NCBI GenBank assembly: GCA_027008775.1
Contig: JALVDV010000005.1
Coordinates: 3,300-67,299 of the forward strand
Direction of reading: 5' to 3'
DNA from: Candidatus Moraniibacteriota bacterium
GTDB taxonomy: Bacteria; Patescibacteriota; Minisyncoccia; Moranbacterales; DUUL01
DNA: 64,000 bases
Part shown: piece after piece, positions 1 through 12,300 of the stretch
Position numbering within the stretch: position 1 is the stretch's first letter
Layout: each line of letters starts with the position of its first letter
The notes under the pieces: generated by a model
Databases searched by the model: none
Told to the model about the DNA's origin: nothing
The model's input: only the letters and a program-made list of their open reading frames with translations
Position numbers and translations under genes: made by a program

Positions 1-74
1 ATGGCAGCAAGAATCGCCGACATAACAACCAGACGTAAAATTTGTCCGGGAATCATTGATTTGATTATAAGCAT
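1..74 (-). CDS. possible N-terminus of a membrane protein running off the left edge (MLIIKSMIPGQILRLVVMSAILAA...)
   Basis: Open hydrophobic minus-strand frame from the ATG at 74 to the window edge; too short to identify. Confidence 0.3.
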   Translation of the reverse strand, partial: MLIIKSMIPGQILRLVVMSAILAA

Positions 75-624
75 AAAAGCAAGATTAATTATTAATATTT
101 TCCGGATTTAAAATAAATTTTTTAGTTTTCCGAAAATTGTTTTTCTATTTTTGTTTTTGTTTTTGTTTTTTATTTGTTAGCGGACTACAATATTTGATAA
201 ATTTTGTCTAAATACTCACTTGATCCGGTCCTGTTTTCAAGTAAGATTCTCAATTGATATCCAAATTTATTTTTATAAAAAATTATATTGATGATGCCAT
301 CTAGATTATCAACATGGTTTGATAAAAATACGTTTCCGCTCGTTTTTGTTTTGTTTTCTTGTAAAATTATCTGTTTCAAGTTTTATTATTTCGCGCAATT
401 AATAATGTATTTCCGCAATTCTTTTTTGTAGTTATAATTTTCCAATTACAGTTATTAATTTGCTAAATTTGTGTTGTGGTTTTCGTTGAATTGTTAAGTT
501 TTGTTTATCTTGACAGATGCGACTTTTTTCAGTATATCATAAAAATAAATTTTGACCAATTTTTCACATCAAATCATTTGAAATGAGACCGAAAGCTCTT
601 TTAATAAATCATTTAAATTAAATT

Positions 625-651
625 AAAAAAACCCCGGAGCATTGCTCCGGG
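625..651 (-). terminator. intrinsic terminator downstream of pyrE
   Basis: Stem CCCGGAGC/GCTCCGGG followed by a T7 tract on the minus strand, about 20 nt after the pyrE stop. Confidence 0.75.
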
Positions 652-671
652 ATGTATTCTTGGCGGAACTT

Positions 672-1235
672 TTATAACAATTCCGCCAAGGTGAAAATTG
701 TGTTGAAGCTGTAACCAGCTTCAATGATTTTTTCTCTAGCCTCATTTTCCTGACGGTCAACGACCGTCAGGATTTTAGCAATGGTAAAGCCCGCTTCCTC
801 CAGGGCTGGCACTCCTATTTTTAAGAGGGTACCACCAGTGGTCAAAACGTCATCCACCAGGACAACGGAGGCTCTCTTCGGAACCGTTTCGGCTATCTCT
901 AGACGCCTATTGGTTCCGTATCCTTTCGGTGTCTTCCTGATGGCAACAACTGGCAAAGACCAGCCCCTGCCGTCGGCTATCAGACTGACGGCTGTAGCCA
1001 GGGGAATTCCCCCCAGTTCCACTCCCGCCACCGCCTGGGGCAGCGGGCCGGTGGAGGCCTCCAGTGTTAGGTGACAGAGTGCCTCGCCGATAAGGCGAGC
1101 GCCTCTGCCATCCAGCGCTACCTTCCTGACATCTACATAAATGTCAGAAATTTTACCCGAGGAGAGGGTGTGGCTTTCCCCCCTTCTCACTACTCTTTTT
1201 AGGATTTTCCTTAACCCATTCCTTCTTTCGTTCAA
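672..1235 (-). CDS. pyrE: orotate phosphoribosyltransferase
   Basis: Motifs TLSSGKISDIYVD, GVELGGIPLA, RKTPKGYG and the PRPP-binding VVLVDDVLTTGGT; AGGAGG SD before a TTG start. Confidence 0.9.
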   Translation of the reverse strand: MNERRNGLRKILKRVVRRGESHTLSSGKISDIYVDVRKVALDGRGARLIGEALCHLTLEASTGPLPQAVAGVELGGIPLATAVSLIADGRGWSLPVVAIRKTPKGYGTNRRLEIAETVPKRASVVLVDDVLTTGGTLLKIGVPALEEAGFTIAKILTVVDRQENEAREKIIEAGYSFNTIFTLAELL

Positions 1236-1339
1236 TTGAACAGCCTCCTTTTCATTTTTGCCGGGATATTAAATACCAGCACTAGTACCCCGACGATTAT
1301 CAGGTTTACTCCGTACCCAAAGTAACCATTAACTTTCAT
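1232..1339 (-). CDS. 35-aa hydrophobic small protein coupled to pyrE (MKVNGYFGYGVNLIIVGVLVLVFNIPAKMKRRLFN)
   Basis: AAGGAGG SD just before the ATG; its TGA overlaps the pyrE TTG (TTGA); below the ORF-track length cutoff. Confidence 0.5.
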   Translation of the reverse strand: MKVNGYFGYGVNLIIVGVLVLVFNIPAKMKRRLFN

Positions 1340-1427
1340 AACTTCCTCCTTTTTTGCTGAAAATGTACCAAACTACTTGTCATTATGCTCACAGTTTGTT
1401 CTGCAAGTCAAGACAAATTTTGATCCG

Positions 1428-3206
1428 CTATCTCCTTTGCGCTCTCTTGCGATCAATTTCCGTTAAATGTTTTTTACGTAAACGAACACTCTCGGGAGTG
1501 ATTTCCAAGTATTCATCCTCGCCCATAATTTCCAAACCCTTTTCAATATCCAATTCCATTGGCGGAGTTAATGAGATGGCGTCGTCTTTTCCACTGGCGC
1601 GCATATTGGTAAGCTGTTTTCCTTTAGTGGGGTTGACGGTCATTTCATCTCCTTTGGTAGTGTTGCCAATGACCTGTCCTTCATAAACATCAACGCCCGG
1701 ACCGATGTAAAGAGTGCCTCTGTTTTGCAGGTTGTCCAAAGCGTAACCCAAGGCTTTGCCGGTTACTCCGGAAATCATAGAACCGGTTTTCTTGCGAGCA
1801 ATTTCTCCGACGTAAGGTTTAAAATCCAAAAAACGACTGGAGAATATTCCCTTGCCTTTGGTATCAACAACAAATTCGTTACGATAACCCAAGATACCTC
1901 GGGTGGGAATTTCAAAAATCATTTTCACTTCGCCGTTCTCCGTTTTCATATCAACTAAAACCCCTTTGCGTTGTCCCAACTTCTCAATTATTGTTCCGGA
2001 AAATTCCTCCGGCACGGAAATGGTCACTTCTTCAAAGGGTTCCATTTTTTGCCCGTCCACTTCTTTGATAATGGCTTGCGGTTGCGAAACTTGGATTTCA
2101 AATCCCTCCCGGCGCATATTTTCCAATAAAACAGCAATGTGCAACTCCCCCCTACCACTGACGGCAAAAACTCCCGAATCCTTAAAATCAACTTTCAAAC
2201 CGACGTTAACCTCCAATTCTTTTTCCAGACGTTCTTTGATTTGCTGACTGGTGACAAATTCTCCTTCTTGGCCGGCAAAAGGAGAATCATTAACCAAAAA
2301 ATTCAAAGTAATGGTTGGTTCGTCCACGGTAATGGCCGGTAACGGTTCGGCCGTTTCTGCCTGACAGACGGTTTCACCAATGTCAATGTCGTCTATGCCG
2401 GCAATCATAACGATATCGCCGGCCTCCGACTCTTCAACTTCTTTTCGCTCCAGACCATCAAAAGTAAAAATTTTATTTATTTTTCCCGTTCTCGTTTCGC
2501 CTTGAGAATTTTTAACAAAAACCGGGCCTCGTTTGGCTGTGCCTTCGTAAACGCGGGCGATAGCCAAGCGTCCCAAAAAATTGTCATAAGCCAAAGAAAA
2601 TGGTTGCAGGCGGAAAGGAATTTCTTTGTCATTCCGAGCCGGTGGAACGGTTTCCAAAATTTTATCCAGAAGAGGGCTCATATCTTTTGATTCTTCCGTT
2701 GGCGTGTTTTTGGCGACGCCCTCTTTGGCAATGGTATAAACGGTTTCAAAATCAAGTTGTTCATCCGTGGCGCCCAAGTCCAGAAACAACTCGTAAATTT
2801 CTTCTTCCACTTCACCGAGACGAGCGGCCGGCTTATCAATTTTGTTGATTACCACCAAAGGTTTGTGTCCGATTTCCAAAGATTTCTTCAGGACAAATCT
2901 GGTTTGGGGCATTGGTCCTTCCTGAGCGTCAACCACCAAAATAACCGAATCAATGGCGCGCAAAACTCGTTCCACCTCCGAACCGAAATCAGCATGTCCC
3001 GGAGTGTCCACAATATTTATCTTTGTTCCTCGCCAATCAAGGGAAGCGTTTTTGGAATAGATGGTGATTCCTCGTTCTTGCTCCAAAGAATCGCTGTCCA
3101 TGGTGACATTCTCGGTTACTTTTTTGGTTTGCTTCATCAGGGCGTCGGTAATGGTGGTTTTACCGTGGTCAACGTGAGCGATAATGGCAATATTTCTGAT
3201 TTCCAT
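1428..3206 (-). CDS. typA: translational GTPase TypA/BipA
   Basis: IRNIAIIAHVDHGKTT, EQERGITI, DTPGHADF, NKID and C-terminal KQLTNMRASG / EITPESVRLRK. Confidence 0.97.
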   Translation of the reverse strand: MEIRNIAIIAHVDHGKTTITDALMKQTKKVTENVTMDSDSLEQERGITIYSKNASLDWRGTKINIVDTPGHADFGSEVERVLRAIDSVILVVDAQEGPMPQTRFVLKKSLEIGHKPLVVINKIDKPAARLGEVEEEIYELFLDLGATDEQLDFETVYTIAKEGVAKNTPTEESKDMSPLLDKILETVPPARNDKEIPFRLQPFSLAYDNFLGRLAIARVYEGTAKRGPVFVKNSQGETRTGKINKIFTFDGLERKEVEESEAGDIVMIAGIDDIDIGETVCQAETAEPLPAITVDEPTITLNFLVNDSPFAGQEGEFVTSQQIKERLEKELEVNVGLKVDFKDSGVFAVSGRGELHIAVLLENMRREGFEIQVSQPQAIIKEVDGQKMEPFEEVTISVPEEFSGTIIEKLGQRKGVLVDMKTENGEVKMIFEIPTRGILGYRNEFVVDTKGKGIFSSRFLDFKPYVGEIARKKTGSMISGVTGKALGYALDNLQNRGTLYIGPGVDVYEGQVIGNTTKGDEMTVNPTKGKQLTNMRASGKDDAISLTPPMELDIEKGLEIMGEDEYLEITPESVRLRKKHLTEIDRKRAQRR

Positions 3207-3288
3207 AAAATTTAAAAAATAATTTAAGAAAACAAAAAATTTAAGAAAACAAAAAGCCGCTCGGGCGACTTTTCTTTCAGTCTTTCTG

Positions 3289-3316
3289 ATTTTACACCTT
3301 TAATTGCGGTTGTCAA
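3289..3316 (-). promoter_or_regulatory. sigma70-type promoter for typA
   Basis: TTGACA-N16-TAAAAT on the minus strand. Confidence 0.55.
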
Positions 3317-3373
3317 TTGTTATTGGTTTATTCTGTATTATTTTCAAATGATGCAATTTTTCCCACCGAAACC

Positions 3374-3967
3374 CTACTCCAACATCTTGTTGTAATAATA
3401 ACGAACATCTCTAATCCACTTGCCGGCGCCGGCGCTGGCCGGACCTCGGCAACGGCCACATTTCCAAATAACCATTTCCGGCGGGGTATCAATGCCTTTG
3501 GCGATTAAATCCTCAATTCTTTCGGCTACCGTTTCCACTGCATCAGCCGGGTCATCAAAACAAGTATGCCCGCCGGAACCCATCAACAAACGACGGCGAC
3601 GAAAACCCCAATAGTTGTAACATTCTTTGCCTTTGTATTTTGGCGTCCGTCGGCCCCAGTTACTTTCTTTCTTGGCAATGGCCACCAGAAAAGCGGCCAC
3701 TTGAGGATCCTGTTTGGCTATTTCCGCTGACATCTTTTGAATGGGATAGCCGGCAGTCAACTTGTCTATTTTTTCTTTTAAGGTCCAATTAATTTCCTTG
3801 GGCGGACCAAAATGACGCTGAATTTTGCGAGCCAATCTTTTCCACTCGTTACCCAGAAGAAGCATTCCGATTAAAAAAATAATAGTGAGCATTAAAAACA
3901 GTTTGAGGAAGTGCCGACGTTCTCGGAAAAGACTTTTTATTGAGGAAAAGTATTTTTTGTTTTTCAT
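3374..3967 (-). CDS. membrane-anchored lysozyme-fold/glucosaminidase-like protein
   Basis: N-terminal TM helix; FLVAIAKKESNWG...CYNYWG resembles lysozyme-superfamily catalytic motifs. Confidence 0.55.
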   Translation of the reverse strand: MKNKKYFSSIKSLFRERRHFLKLFLMLTIIFLIGMLLLGNEWKRLARKIQRHFGPPKEINWTLKEKIDKLTAGYPIQKMSAEIAKQDPQVAAFLVAIAKKESNWGRRTPKYKGKECYNYWGFRRRRLLMGSGGHTCFDDPADAVETVAERIEDLIAKGIDTPPEMVIWKCGRCRGPASAGAGKWIRDVRYYYNKMLE

Positions 3968-4214
3968 TAGGAATCTTTTTAAATTTTGCTTGAAGGAAAA
4001 GTTTGAAGTTACAGTAATGATGACAAAAATTTCTTTGTCTTTGTCTTTGTCTTCAGTATATATTTGAAAGGTTGGAAAAGCAAATTATTGAGTGACGAAG
4101 TTGTTTAAAGTTTGATGATGAATAATTTTAAAATATTGCGCCAAATTGACTTTTGTTTTGAGCGATTTATACTGGGGAAAATGACAAATCTGTTATAATA
4201 GATTTTATATTTGG

Positions 4215-5171
4215 GTGGAAAAAATGAAAGAGAAAAATAATTTGAACCTAAAATTACACCTAGCGCCAATGTGCGGAATAACCGACAGGATCACTCGCAA
4301 AATCGCCAAAGAAAACGGTGCTGATGTTACTTGGAGTGAAATGGTTAGCAGTGAGGGTTTAATACGGCAGACTGGAGAAAACGGTAAGTCTTTATCGCTG
4401 GCGGAAAAATTTTCCGAAGAAGAAAAGCCCTATTGGGTGCAAATTTTCGGCAATAATCCGGATGTGATGGCCCGAGCGGCCGAGATTGTGGAGGAAAAAA
4501 TAAAGCCAAGTGGAATTGATATCAATTTGGGTTGTCCGGTACCAAAAGCCAAAAAAGCGGGCTACGGAGCGGTGCAAATAGCCGACATTCCGTCTGTGGT
4601 AAAAATTGTTAAGGCTATCAAGAAAAAAATTACCCTGCCTTTATCTCTGAAAACAAGACTGGGGCTGAGGGAGCCTGAGGAGATTTTGGCTTTTGCTCCC
4701 CGTTTAGAGAAGGCCGGTTTGGACCAACTGGTTGTTCACGCGCGCACCTTGACCGGCATGTTTTCCGCCGAACCGGATTGGCAAGTGGTTAAGAAATTAA
4801 AGGAAAAAATTTCCATTCCGATTGTTTACAACGGAGGAATAAACAGTCCGGAAAAAGCTTTGTTTTACCGGCAGAAGACCGGGTTGGATGATTTAATGAT
4901 TGGTCGGGGAGCGATTGGTCGGCCTTGGTTATTTGCCGAAATAAAACATTTTTTGAAAACGGGCGAGAAATTGAGCGTACCGTTAGTGAGAAAAAAAGAG
5001 ATTATTATCAAACAGGCCCGGATGATGGAGGAGAGCAAAGGCAGTCTTGTTTCTTTTCGCGGACAATTTTTGGCTTATCTGAAAGAATTGCGAGCGCCGA
5101 GAAAATTGCGAGTGGAAGCCAGTCAAATTAGGAGTTTGGCGGAAGTGAAAGGAGCTCTGGACAAAATTTAA
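4215..5171 (+). CDS. dusB: tRNA-dihydrouridine synthase (DusB family)
   Basis: LAPMCGITD, QIFG, DINLGCP (catalytic Cys), VHART, NGGI, MIGRGAIGRPW. Confidence 0.9.
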   Translation: MEKMKEKNNLNLKLHLAPMCGITDRITRKIAKENGADVTWSEMVSSEGLIRQTGENGKSLSLAEKFSEEEKPYWVQIFGNNPDVMARAAEIVEEKIKPSGIDINLGCPVPKAKKAGYGAVQIADIPSVVKIVKAIKKKITLPLSLKTRLGLREPEEILAFAPRLEKAGLDQLVVHARTLTGMFSAEPDWQVVKKLKEKISIPIVYNGGINSPEKALFYRQKTGLDDLMIGRGAIGRPWLFAEIKHFLKTGEKLSVPLVRKKEIIIKQARMMEESKGSLVSFRGQFLAYLKELRAPRKLRVEASQIRSLAEVKGALDKI

Positions 5172-5243
5172 ATTTTAGTTTAGAATTGGGAGATAGTTGG
5201 AGCGTTCTCCAAAATTTTTATTAATAGTTTAGAAAAAATTATT

Positions 5244-5501
5244 ATGGCCAATACCAAAGCGGCAAAGAAATACATCAGAACTTCCGCCAGAAAAAGAAAG
5301 TTGAATGATTTTTATCGCCGACGCTACCGACGTTTGGTGAAGAAAATAATGGACTTGTTGAAAGAGAAGAAAAACAAGGAAGCATTGAAATTGTACCCGG
5401 AAGCTCAGAAAGCCATTGACAAGGCGGTCAAACGGGGTGTAATTAAAAAGAACACCGGCGCTCGCAAGAAGTCATCTTTGATGAAAAAAATTCAAGCTTA
5501 G
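5244..5501 (+). CDS. rpsT: 30S ribosomal protein S20
   Basis: MANTKAAKKYIR...IDKAVKRGVIKKNTGARKKSSL. Confidence 0.95.
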   Translation: MANTKAAKKYIRTSARKRKLNDFYRRRYRRLVKKIMDLLKEKKNKEALKLYPEAQKAIDKAVKRGVIKKNTGARKKSSLMKKIQA

Positions 5502-5600
5502 GTCTTCCGTTTTTAGGTTTGGAATACTTTTCGCTTTAGTATTTTTCTGAGCCGTCCCTTGCCGGGGCGGTTTTGTGTAAATGGTGCGACACGGACTGAA

Positions 5601-5640
5601 GCCAACAAAAAATCGACCGAGCGGTCGATTTTTTGTTGGC
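5601..5640. terminator. bidirectional terminator between convergent rpsT and rpoC
   Basis: Perfect 18-bp inverted repeat GCCAACAAAAAATCGACC-GAGC-GGTCGATTTTTTGTTGGC. Confidence 0.75.
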
Positions 5641-5669
5641 TTTTTAAATTACCAATTTAGGGACGGTTT

Positions 5670-8600
5670 TTATTGTTCACACTCCTCTTCGGCGGGAAAA
5701 CCGGTTCCGGCCGGAATCAATCTACCAATGATAACGTTTTCTTTGAGTCCGGTGAGATTATCAATTTTACCTTGAGTAGCGGCGTCAATAAGTACCTTGG
5801 TTGTTTCTTGGAAGGAAGCGGCGGAAAGGAAACTGTCCGTGGAAAGAGCCACTTTGGAAATTCCCATTACCAATCTTTCTCCCTTGGCTTCTTCTCCACC
5901 TTCTTTGGCCACTTTTTCATTGGCTTCCAAGAATTTTTCGTAGCTGACAATGTCGCCGGTGAGAAGCAAGGTGTCCCCGGGATCGGTGATTTGCACTCGG
6001 GAAATCATTTGTCGGACAATGATTTCAATATGTTTGTCATTAATTCCTTCTCCCTGTGTCTGGTAGATTTCTTGCACTTCTTTAATGATATATCTTTGTA
6101 AAGCGTCCCGACCGCTGATTTTGAACAACTTTTTAAGATCAAGGTGTCCCTCAGAAAGAACTTGTCCGGTAGTGACCAAGTCTCCTTTTTCCACTTTGGC
6201 ATTCATTACCGCCGGAATAACATATTCTTTGACATCACCTTTTTTGATTTTACCTTTTTTACCTTCGGTGTTTTTAGCCACTTTGATTATTTTTTGTTTC
6301 TTGTTGCTAACAATATCTTGAACCACTCCGTCAAATTCGGCAATAACGGCTTTGGTCTTCGGAGTTCTGACTTCAAAAATTTCATCAACACGAGGCAAAC
6401 CTTGGGTAATGTCGGCGCCGGCCACACCTCCGATGTGGAAAGTACGCATAGTTAACTGGGTGCCGGGTTCACCGATGGCTTGCGCAGCCACAATTCCCAC
6501 CGCTTCACCGAGATCAACCATTCTGCCCCGTCCCAAATCTTTGCCGTAACATTTTTGGCAAACACCGTCCTTGGTTAAACAACTGATAAGATTCCTGATC
6601 TTTATCTTTTCAACTTTTTCTTTCTCTATTTGCTCCGCTACCGGACCGGAAATCATTTCGCCTTTTTTGGCCAGGACTTTCTTGCCATCAGCGCTTTTAA
6701 CGTCTTCGGTCAAGACTCGCCCTTCTATACGGGAAGCAAAACTTTGCCCGACCTCATCGGAATCTTCTCGGTAAATATAGGCGCCCTCTGTGTCGCCACA
6801 ATCACATTCTCTAACAACGATATCTTGACTAACATCAACCAATCTTCGGGTAAGGTAACCGGCGGTGGCTGTTCTCAAGGCTGTGTCGGCCATACCTTTT
6901 CTAGCGCCGTGGGTGGAAATGAAGTATTCCAAAACATTGTAGCCTTCTTTCAACGACCCCTTGATAGGCAACTCAATGGTTTCTCCGGTCGGACCGGCCA
7001 CCAAACCTTTCATTCCGGACATCTGCACCACCACGGCGTGAGAACCGCGCGCTTTGGAATTTACCATGGCCGTTACCGGACCTTTGGGATCCATAACTTT
7101 TTTAACTTCCTCGGAAATGATGTTTTTGGTTTCATTCCAGATTTCCACGACTTTCACCTTTCTTTCCTGTTCGGTGAGAAGCCCTTGCTCATATTGTTTG
7201 TTAATTTCCCTGACTTGCTCTTCCGCTTTTTGGAAAATTTCTTCACGGGTTTTCGGAACCTGGAAGTCATCAATTCCCAAACTGATTCCCGATTTGGTTA
7301 CGTATTCAAAGCCAAGGGCTTTTAGTTTGTCAACAAAGATAGCCGTCTTCTCATTGTCTTCGTTTTCCAAAAATTTGGCAATGACTTCCTTCAGTTCAAC
7401 CTTGGTAATATCTTTATTGATAAATCTCAGTTTTTCGGAGAGGTTGTCGTTGAATATAACTCTACCGGCAGAAGTTTCAATCAGTTCTCCTTGCCAATTC
7501 ATCAAAACCTTTTCTTTTAGTTTGATAACCCCCATTTGGTAAGCGGTAATCACTTCCTCCATAGAGGCAAATTTTTTCGGTTCTTTATTCTCGTCGTCAT
7601 CAATAGTTGTCATATAGTAAATGCCGAGGACAATATCTTGGGAGGGAATGGTAATAGGGTCACCGCTGGATGGTTTAAGCAGATTAGTTTTGGAAAGCAT
7701 AATCTTTTCGCTTTCTTGACGAGCTTTGACAGTCAAAGGAACGTGGACAGCCATTTGGTCGCCGTCAAAGTCGGCATTGAAAGCGGCGCAAACCAAGGGG
7801 TGCAAACGAATGGCGCTACCCTCTATTAAAACGGGACGGAAAGCCTGAATAGAAAGTCGGTGCAGGGTGGGGGCGCGGTTTAGGAGAACATAATGTTCGT
7901 CAATAATTTGATCCAACATTTCGTAGGCCTCTTCCTGTTCGCTGTCAATCATACGACTGGCCGTTCTGATGTTGTGGGCGTATTCGTGAGCAATCAATTT
8001 GTTGATGATAAATGGTTTGAAGAGTTCCATAGCCATTTTTTTGGGAATACCACACTCGTCCAATTGCAGTTCCGGACCGACCACGATCACACTACGACCG
8101 GAGTAGTCAACTCTTTTTCCCAACAAATTTTGACGGAAGCGTCCTTGTTTTCCTTTAAGCATATCGGAGAGAGATTTCAAAGCGCGCCGTTGGCCGGTGG
8201 AAGCGGAAACCTGAGTTTGGTTGCGACGAGAACTGTTGTCTATCAAAGCATCCACCGCTTCTTGCAACATTCTTTTTTCATTGCGTTGAATAACTTCCGG
8301 CGCTTTTAATTCCATCAATTTTTTCAAACGATTGTTTCGGTTGATAATTCGTCGGTATAAGTCGTTCAAATCGGACGTGGCAAAATGACCGCCGTTCAAC
8401 TGAACCATCGGGCGAAGATCCGGCGGAATAACGGGGATGTTGGTTAACATCATCCATTCCGGTTTAATGCCGGCTTCCAAAAAACCGTTGAGAAGACGCA
8501 GTCTTTTAATCAATCTTTTCTTGTCAGCGCTTTTTGTTTTTTTAAGGCTTTCCCTGATTGCTTTGATTTCTTTTTTTAAATCAACTTTGGCCAACATTTC

Positions 8601-9269
8601 ATAAATGGCTTCGGCGCCAATCATCGCTTTGAATATTTGCCCACAAACCTTGGAAAGGTCATAATATTCTTGCTCGCTAAGAATTTGACCTTCGGCCAGT
8701 CTTTTGATGTTATTTCTTAAATCTTGAAATTTTTGTTTGATTTTAACTCGTTCTTTGGGACTTTTGCTGTTTTTAATGGCATTTTTCTCTTCTTTTTTCA
8801 GGTCCTTGAGAACTTCCTTTTTGGCTTCGGCATCAACTTCGGTGACTATGTAACTGGCAAAGTAGATTACTCTTTCCAATTGCTGGACAGACATGTTCAA
8901 AACCAAGCCAACGCGAGAAGGAACTCCTCGTAAAAACCAAATATGAGAAACGGGCACCGCTAAAGAAATGTGTCCCATTCTTTCCCGACGAACACTGGAC
9001 TTGGTAACCTCCACTCCACACTTATCACAAACAATGCCTTTGTGCTTGATTTTCTTGTATTTACCGCAATGACATTCCCAGTCTTTGGCCGGGCCGAATA
9101 TTTTTTCACAAAAAAGTCCGTCTTTTTCGTATTTCTGGGTACGGTAGTTGATGGTTTCCGGACGCAAAACTTCCCCGTGAGACCATTTCAAAATGTCCTC
9201 CGGTGAAGCAATTTTCAATTGAATAGCGTCAAAATCGGAAATACTGGCTATATTGTTTTTGGTTGGCAT
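5670..9269 (-). CDS. rpoC: DNA-directed RNA polymerase beta' subunit
   Basis: [58 protein letters not shown]. Confidence 0.99.
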   Translation of the reverse strand: MPTKNNIASISDFDAIQLKIASPEDILKWSHGEVLRPETINYRTQKYEKDGLFCEKIFGPAKDWECHCGKYKKIKHKGIVCDKCGVEVTKSSVRRERMGHISLAVPVSHIWFLRGVPSRVGLVLNMSVQQLERVIYFASYIVTEVDAEAKKEVLKDLKKEEKNAIKNSKSPKERVKIKQKFQDLRNNIKRLAEGQILSEQEYYDLSKVCGQIFKAMIGAEAIYEMLAKVDLKKEIKAIRESLKKTKSADKKRLIKRLRLLNGFLEAGIKPEWMMLTNIPVIPPDLRPMVQLNGGHFATSDLNDLYRRIINRNNRLKKLMELKAPEVIQRNEKRMLQEAVDALIDNSSRRNQTQVSASTGQRRALKSLSDMLKGKQGRFRQNLLGKRVDYSGRSVIVVGPELQLDECGIPKKMAMELFKPFIINKLIAHEYAHNIRTASRMIDSEQEEAYEMLDQIIDEHYVLLNRAPTLHRLSIQAFRPVLIEGSAIRLHPLVCAAFNADFDGDQMAVHVPLTVKARQESEKIMLSKTNLLKPSSGDPITIPSQDIVLGIYYMTTIDDDENKEPKKFASMEEVITAYQMGVIKLKEKVLMNWQGELIETSAGRVIFNDNLSEKLRFINKDITKVELKEVIAKFLENEDNEKTAIFVDKLKALGFEYVTKSGISLGIDDFQVPKTREEIFQKAEEQVREINKQYEQGLLTEQERKVKVVEIWNETKNIISEEVKKVMDPKGPVTAMVNSKARGSHAVVVQMSGMKGLVAGPTGETIELPIKGSLKEGYNVLEYFISTHGARKGMADTALRTATAGYLTRRLVDVSQDIVVRECDCGDTEGAYIYREDSDEVGQSFASRIEGRVLTEDVKSADGKKVLAKKGEMISGPVAEQIEKEKVEKIKIRNLISCLTKDGVCQKCYGKDLGRGRMVDLGEAVGIVAAQAIGEPGTQLTMRTFHIGGVAGADITQGLPRVDEIFEVRTPKTKAVIAEFDGVVQDIVSNKKQKIIKVAKNTEGKKGKIKKGDVKEYVIPAVMNAKVEKGDLVTTGQVLSEGHLDLKKLFKISGRDALQRYIIKEVQEIYQTQGEGINDKHIEIIVRQMISRVQITDPGDTLLLTGDIVSYEKFLEANEKVAKEGGEEAKGERLVMGISKVALSTDSFLSAASFQETTKVLIDAATQGKIDNLTGLKENVIIGRLIPAGTGFPAEEECEQ

Positions 9270-9347
9270 TGGTTGAGTTTTAAAAAATTATTTTATCAAA
9301 GTTGAATTTGTTTTGATTGATCCTTGAGAAATCTCTGTACGTTACTC

Positions 9348-12300
9348 CTAGTTATTTATCTCCATATTTCCCTCCAAATATTTTCCGTCTTTCAAGAATT
9401 TGACATCCAGCGCCAGAGCTTTCAATTCATTGACCAAGACATGGAAAGAGGCGGGAATACTCGGGGTTTGAATCGGTTCGCCCTTAATGATTGATTCGTA
9501 AGCCTTGGAGCGTCCCAAAACATCATCGGATTTGATGGTGAGCATTTCTTGCAAGGTGTAAGCGGCTCCGTGTCCTTCCAGAGCCCAAACCTCCATTTCC
9601 CCGAAACGCTGTCCGCCGAATTGAGCTTTACCACCCAAGGGTTGCTGAGTGATGAGAGAGTAAGGACCGATGGAACGAGTGTGAATTTTGTCTTCCACCA
9701 AGTGGTTTAGTTTCATTATGTACATATAACCAACCATGGTTTTTTCGGAGAAATGTTCACCGGTGCGACCATCGGTTAACTGAATCTTGCCATCTTCCGG
9801 CAGACCGGCTTTGCGAAGTTCTTCTTTTATCTGTTCGGAAGTTACTCCGTCCAAGGCCGGCGAAGCGGCTTTGTAACCGAGTTTGGCGGCGGCCCAACCG
9901 AGATGGGTTTCCAAAATCTGACCAAGATTCATACGAGAAGGGACACCCAAAGGTGTTAAAACAACATCAACGGGAGTGCCGTCGGGTAAGTAAGGCATAT
10001 CTTCCACAGCGGCAATTTTGGAGATAACACCTTTGTTTCCGTGACGACCAGCCAACTTGTCACCAACGGAAATTTTTCTTAGACGCGCCACAGAAACTTG
10101 AATTTGTTTAATAACTCCGGCCGGCAGTTTGTCCCCGTTTTCTCGGGAGAAAATTTTGATATCAACCACTTTTCCTCTCTTGCCGTGAGGCAAGTAAAGA
10201 GAAGTGTCTTTAACATCCTTTGATTTGTCGCCGAAAATAGCGCGTAACAATCTTTCTTCGGCGGTTAAGTCACCTTCACCTTTGAGGGTAATTTTTCCCA
10301 CCAAGATATCGCCGGAATTTACTTCGGCGCCAATTCTGATAATTCCCTCTTCATCCAAATTTTTCAGACGGTCATCGCCGATGTTGGGAATATCTCTGGT
10401 AACCGTTTCCGGTCCCAATTTGGTTTCTTGAACGTCAACAGAAAATTCGTCAATGTGAATGGAACTGTAAGAATCTCTTTCCACCACTTTTTCGGAAATA
10501 ATAATGGCGTCTTCATAATTGTAACCGCTCCAAGGCATAAAAGCCACCAACATATTTTGTCCCAAAGCCAATTCACCATGATCGGTGGAGGCTCCGTCAG
10601 CCAACAAATCTTTCTTTTTAACTTTCTGTCCCAGAGTTACGCGCGGAACTTGGTTAAGACTGGTAAAAGCGTTTGATTTGGCAAAAGTTTGCAAATTGTA
10701 AATTCTTTTACGACTTTTTCCTTTGCCGTCTCTTTCTTTGATAGTGATGTGATTGGCATCAACCTCAACCACCTCGCCGGCTTCTTTGGCCAGAACAACT
10801 TGTCCGGAATCGGCGGCCGCCTTGTCCTCTAAGCCGGTGCCAACCAAAGGCGCTTGCGGGCGAACACAAGAGACGGCCTGTCGTTGCATATTGGAACCCA
10901 TTAAAGCGCGGTTGGAGTCGTCGTGCTCTAAGAAGGGGATCAAAGCGGTAGCTACGGAAATACACTGCTTGGGAGAAACGTCAATATAATCCAAAAGCTT
11001 TGATTCAATAATGGACGGTTCGGTTTTTACTCGAGCCTCCACTACGTCTTGCACTATGTTATCGTGCTCATCAAGTTCAATGCCGGCGTGGGCAATATTT
11101 TTCTCACCTTCCACAACGGCATTAAGATATTCAATAGTGGAAGTAACAAACGGTTTGACTTTGATGGTGTCTTTAGCCGACTTTTTCAACTTGGCGATAT
11201 TTTTTTCATCAATTTTTTCACCTTTTTTCAAGAGAACCTTCTTATTTTTGTCTTTAACATTTTCTGCCAAAATTCTGCCCAAAGCGTTTTTGTCATCTTT
11301 GCCGATAGAATGTCCGATGAGACGATAAGGGGTTTCAATAAAGCCGTATTCATTTATTTTGGCATAACAAGCCAAATGTCCAACCAAACCGATATTTGGT
11401 CCTTCCGGAGTTTGGACCGGACAAATTCGGCCATAGTGAGAGGTATGTACGTCACGAACCTCAAAGCCGGCTCTTTCTCTGGTTAAACCGCCGGGACCCA
11501 TAGCGCTCAGACGTCTTTTGTGTTCCAACTCGGCCAGAGGATTGACCTGATCCATAAATTGGGACAATTGAGAAGATGAGAAAAATTCTTTAACAGCGGC
11601 CACCACCGGTCGGGAATTAATAAGTTGAGCGTGAGCGACGGTGTTGATGTCGCAAGAACTCATCTTATCTTTAATGTTGCGAGCCATACGCATCAAGCCG
11701 ACACGAATACGAGATTGAATCAATTCCCCCACTCCGCGCAAACGACGACTGCCCAGGTGGTCAATGTCATCCGGTTCGGCGTTGGGGTCATTGTTAAGAC
11801 GAATGATTTCTTGAACGATTTTAACCAATTCTTCCTTACCCAAAAGACGATTCTTTTTGTCTTTTTCGTCTTTATCCATGCCCAGGCGGAAATTCAATCG
11901 GTAACGACCGACTTTGCCAAAATCATAACGATCGTAGTCAAAGAAGACACTGTCAATCATTTGCTTGGCGTTTTCCACAGTGGCCAAATCACCCGGTCTA
12001 AATCTCTTGTAAATTTCTTTGTAAGCCTCCATTTCATTTTTGACCGGATCGCGCAACAAAGTTTCGGTGATATATTTGGTTTCACCGGTATCCACTTCGG
12101 CAAAAGCTTCTTTGATTTCTTTGTCTGTCTTTAAGCCGAAAACTCGCAAAAGAGAGGTGACCGGAATTTTTCGCTTGCGATCTATTCTTACCCAAATCAC
12201 TCCGCTGAGATCCGTTTCCATTTCCAACCAAGCGCCTCGGTTGGGAATAATTTTGGCGCCGAAAGTTCGCCGACCCTTGATGTATTCGGCGGTAAAGAAT

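Noticed and set aside
185-379. 64-aa minus-strand ORF
   Set aside because: TTG start in AT-rich low-complexity DNA with no motif.
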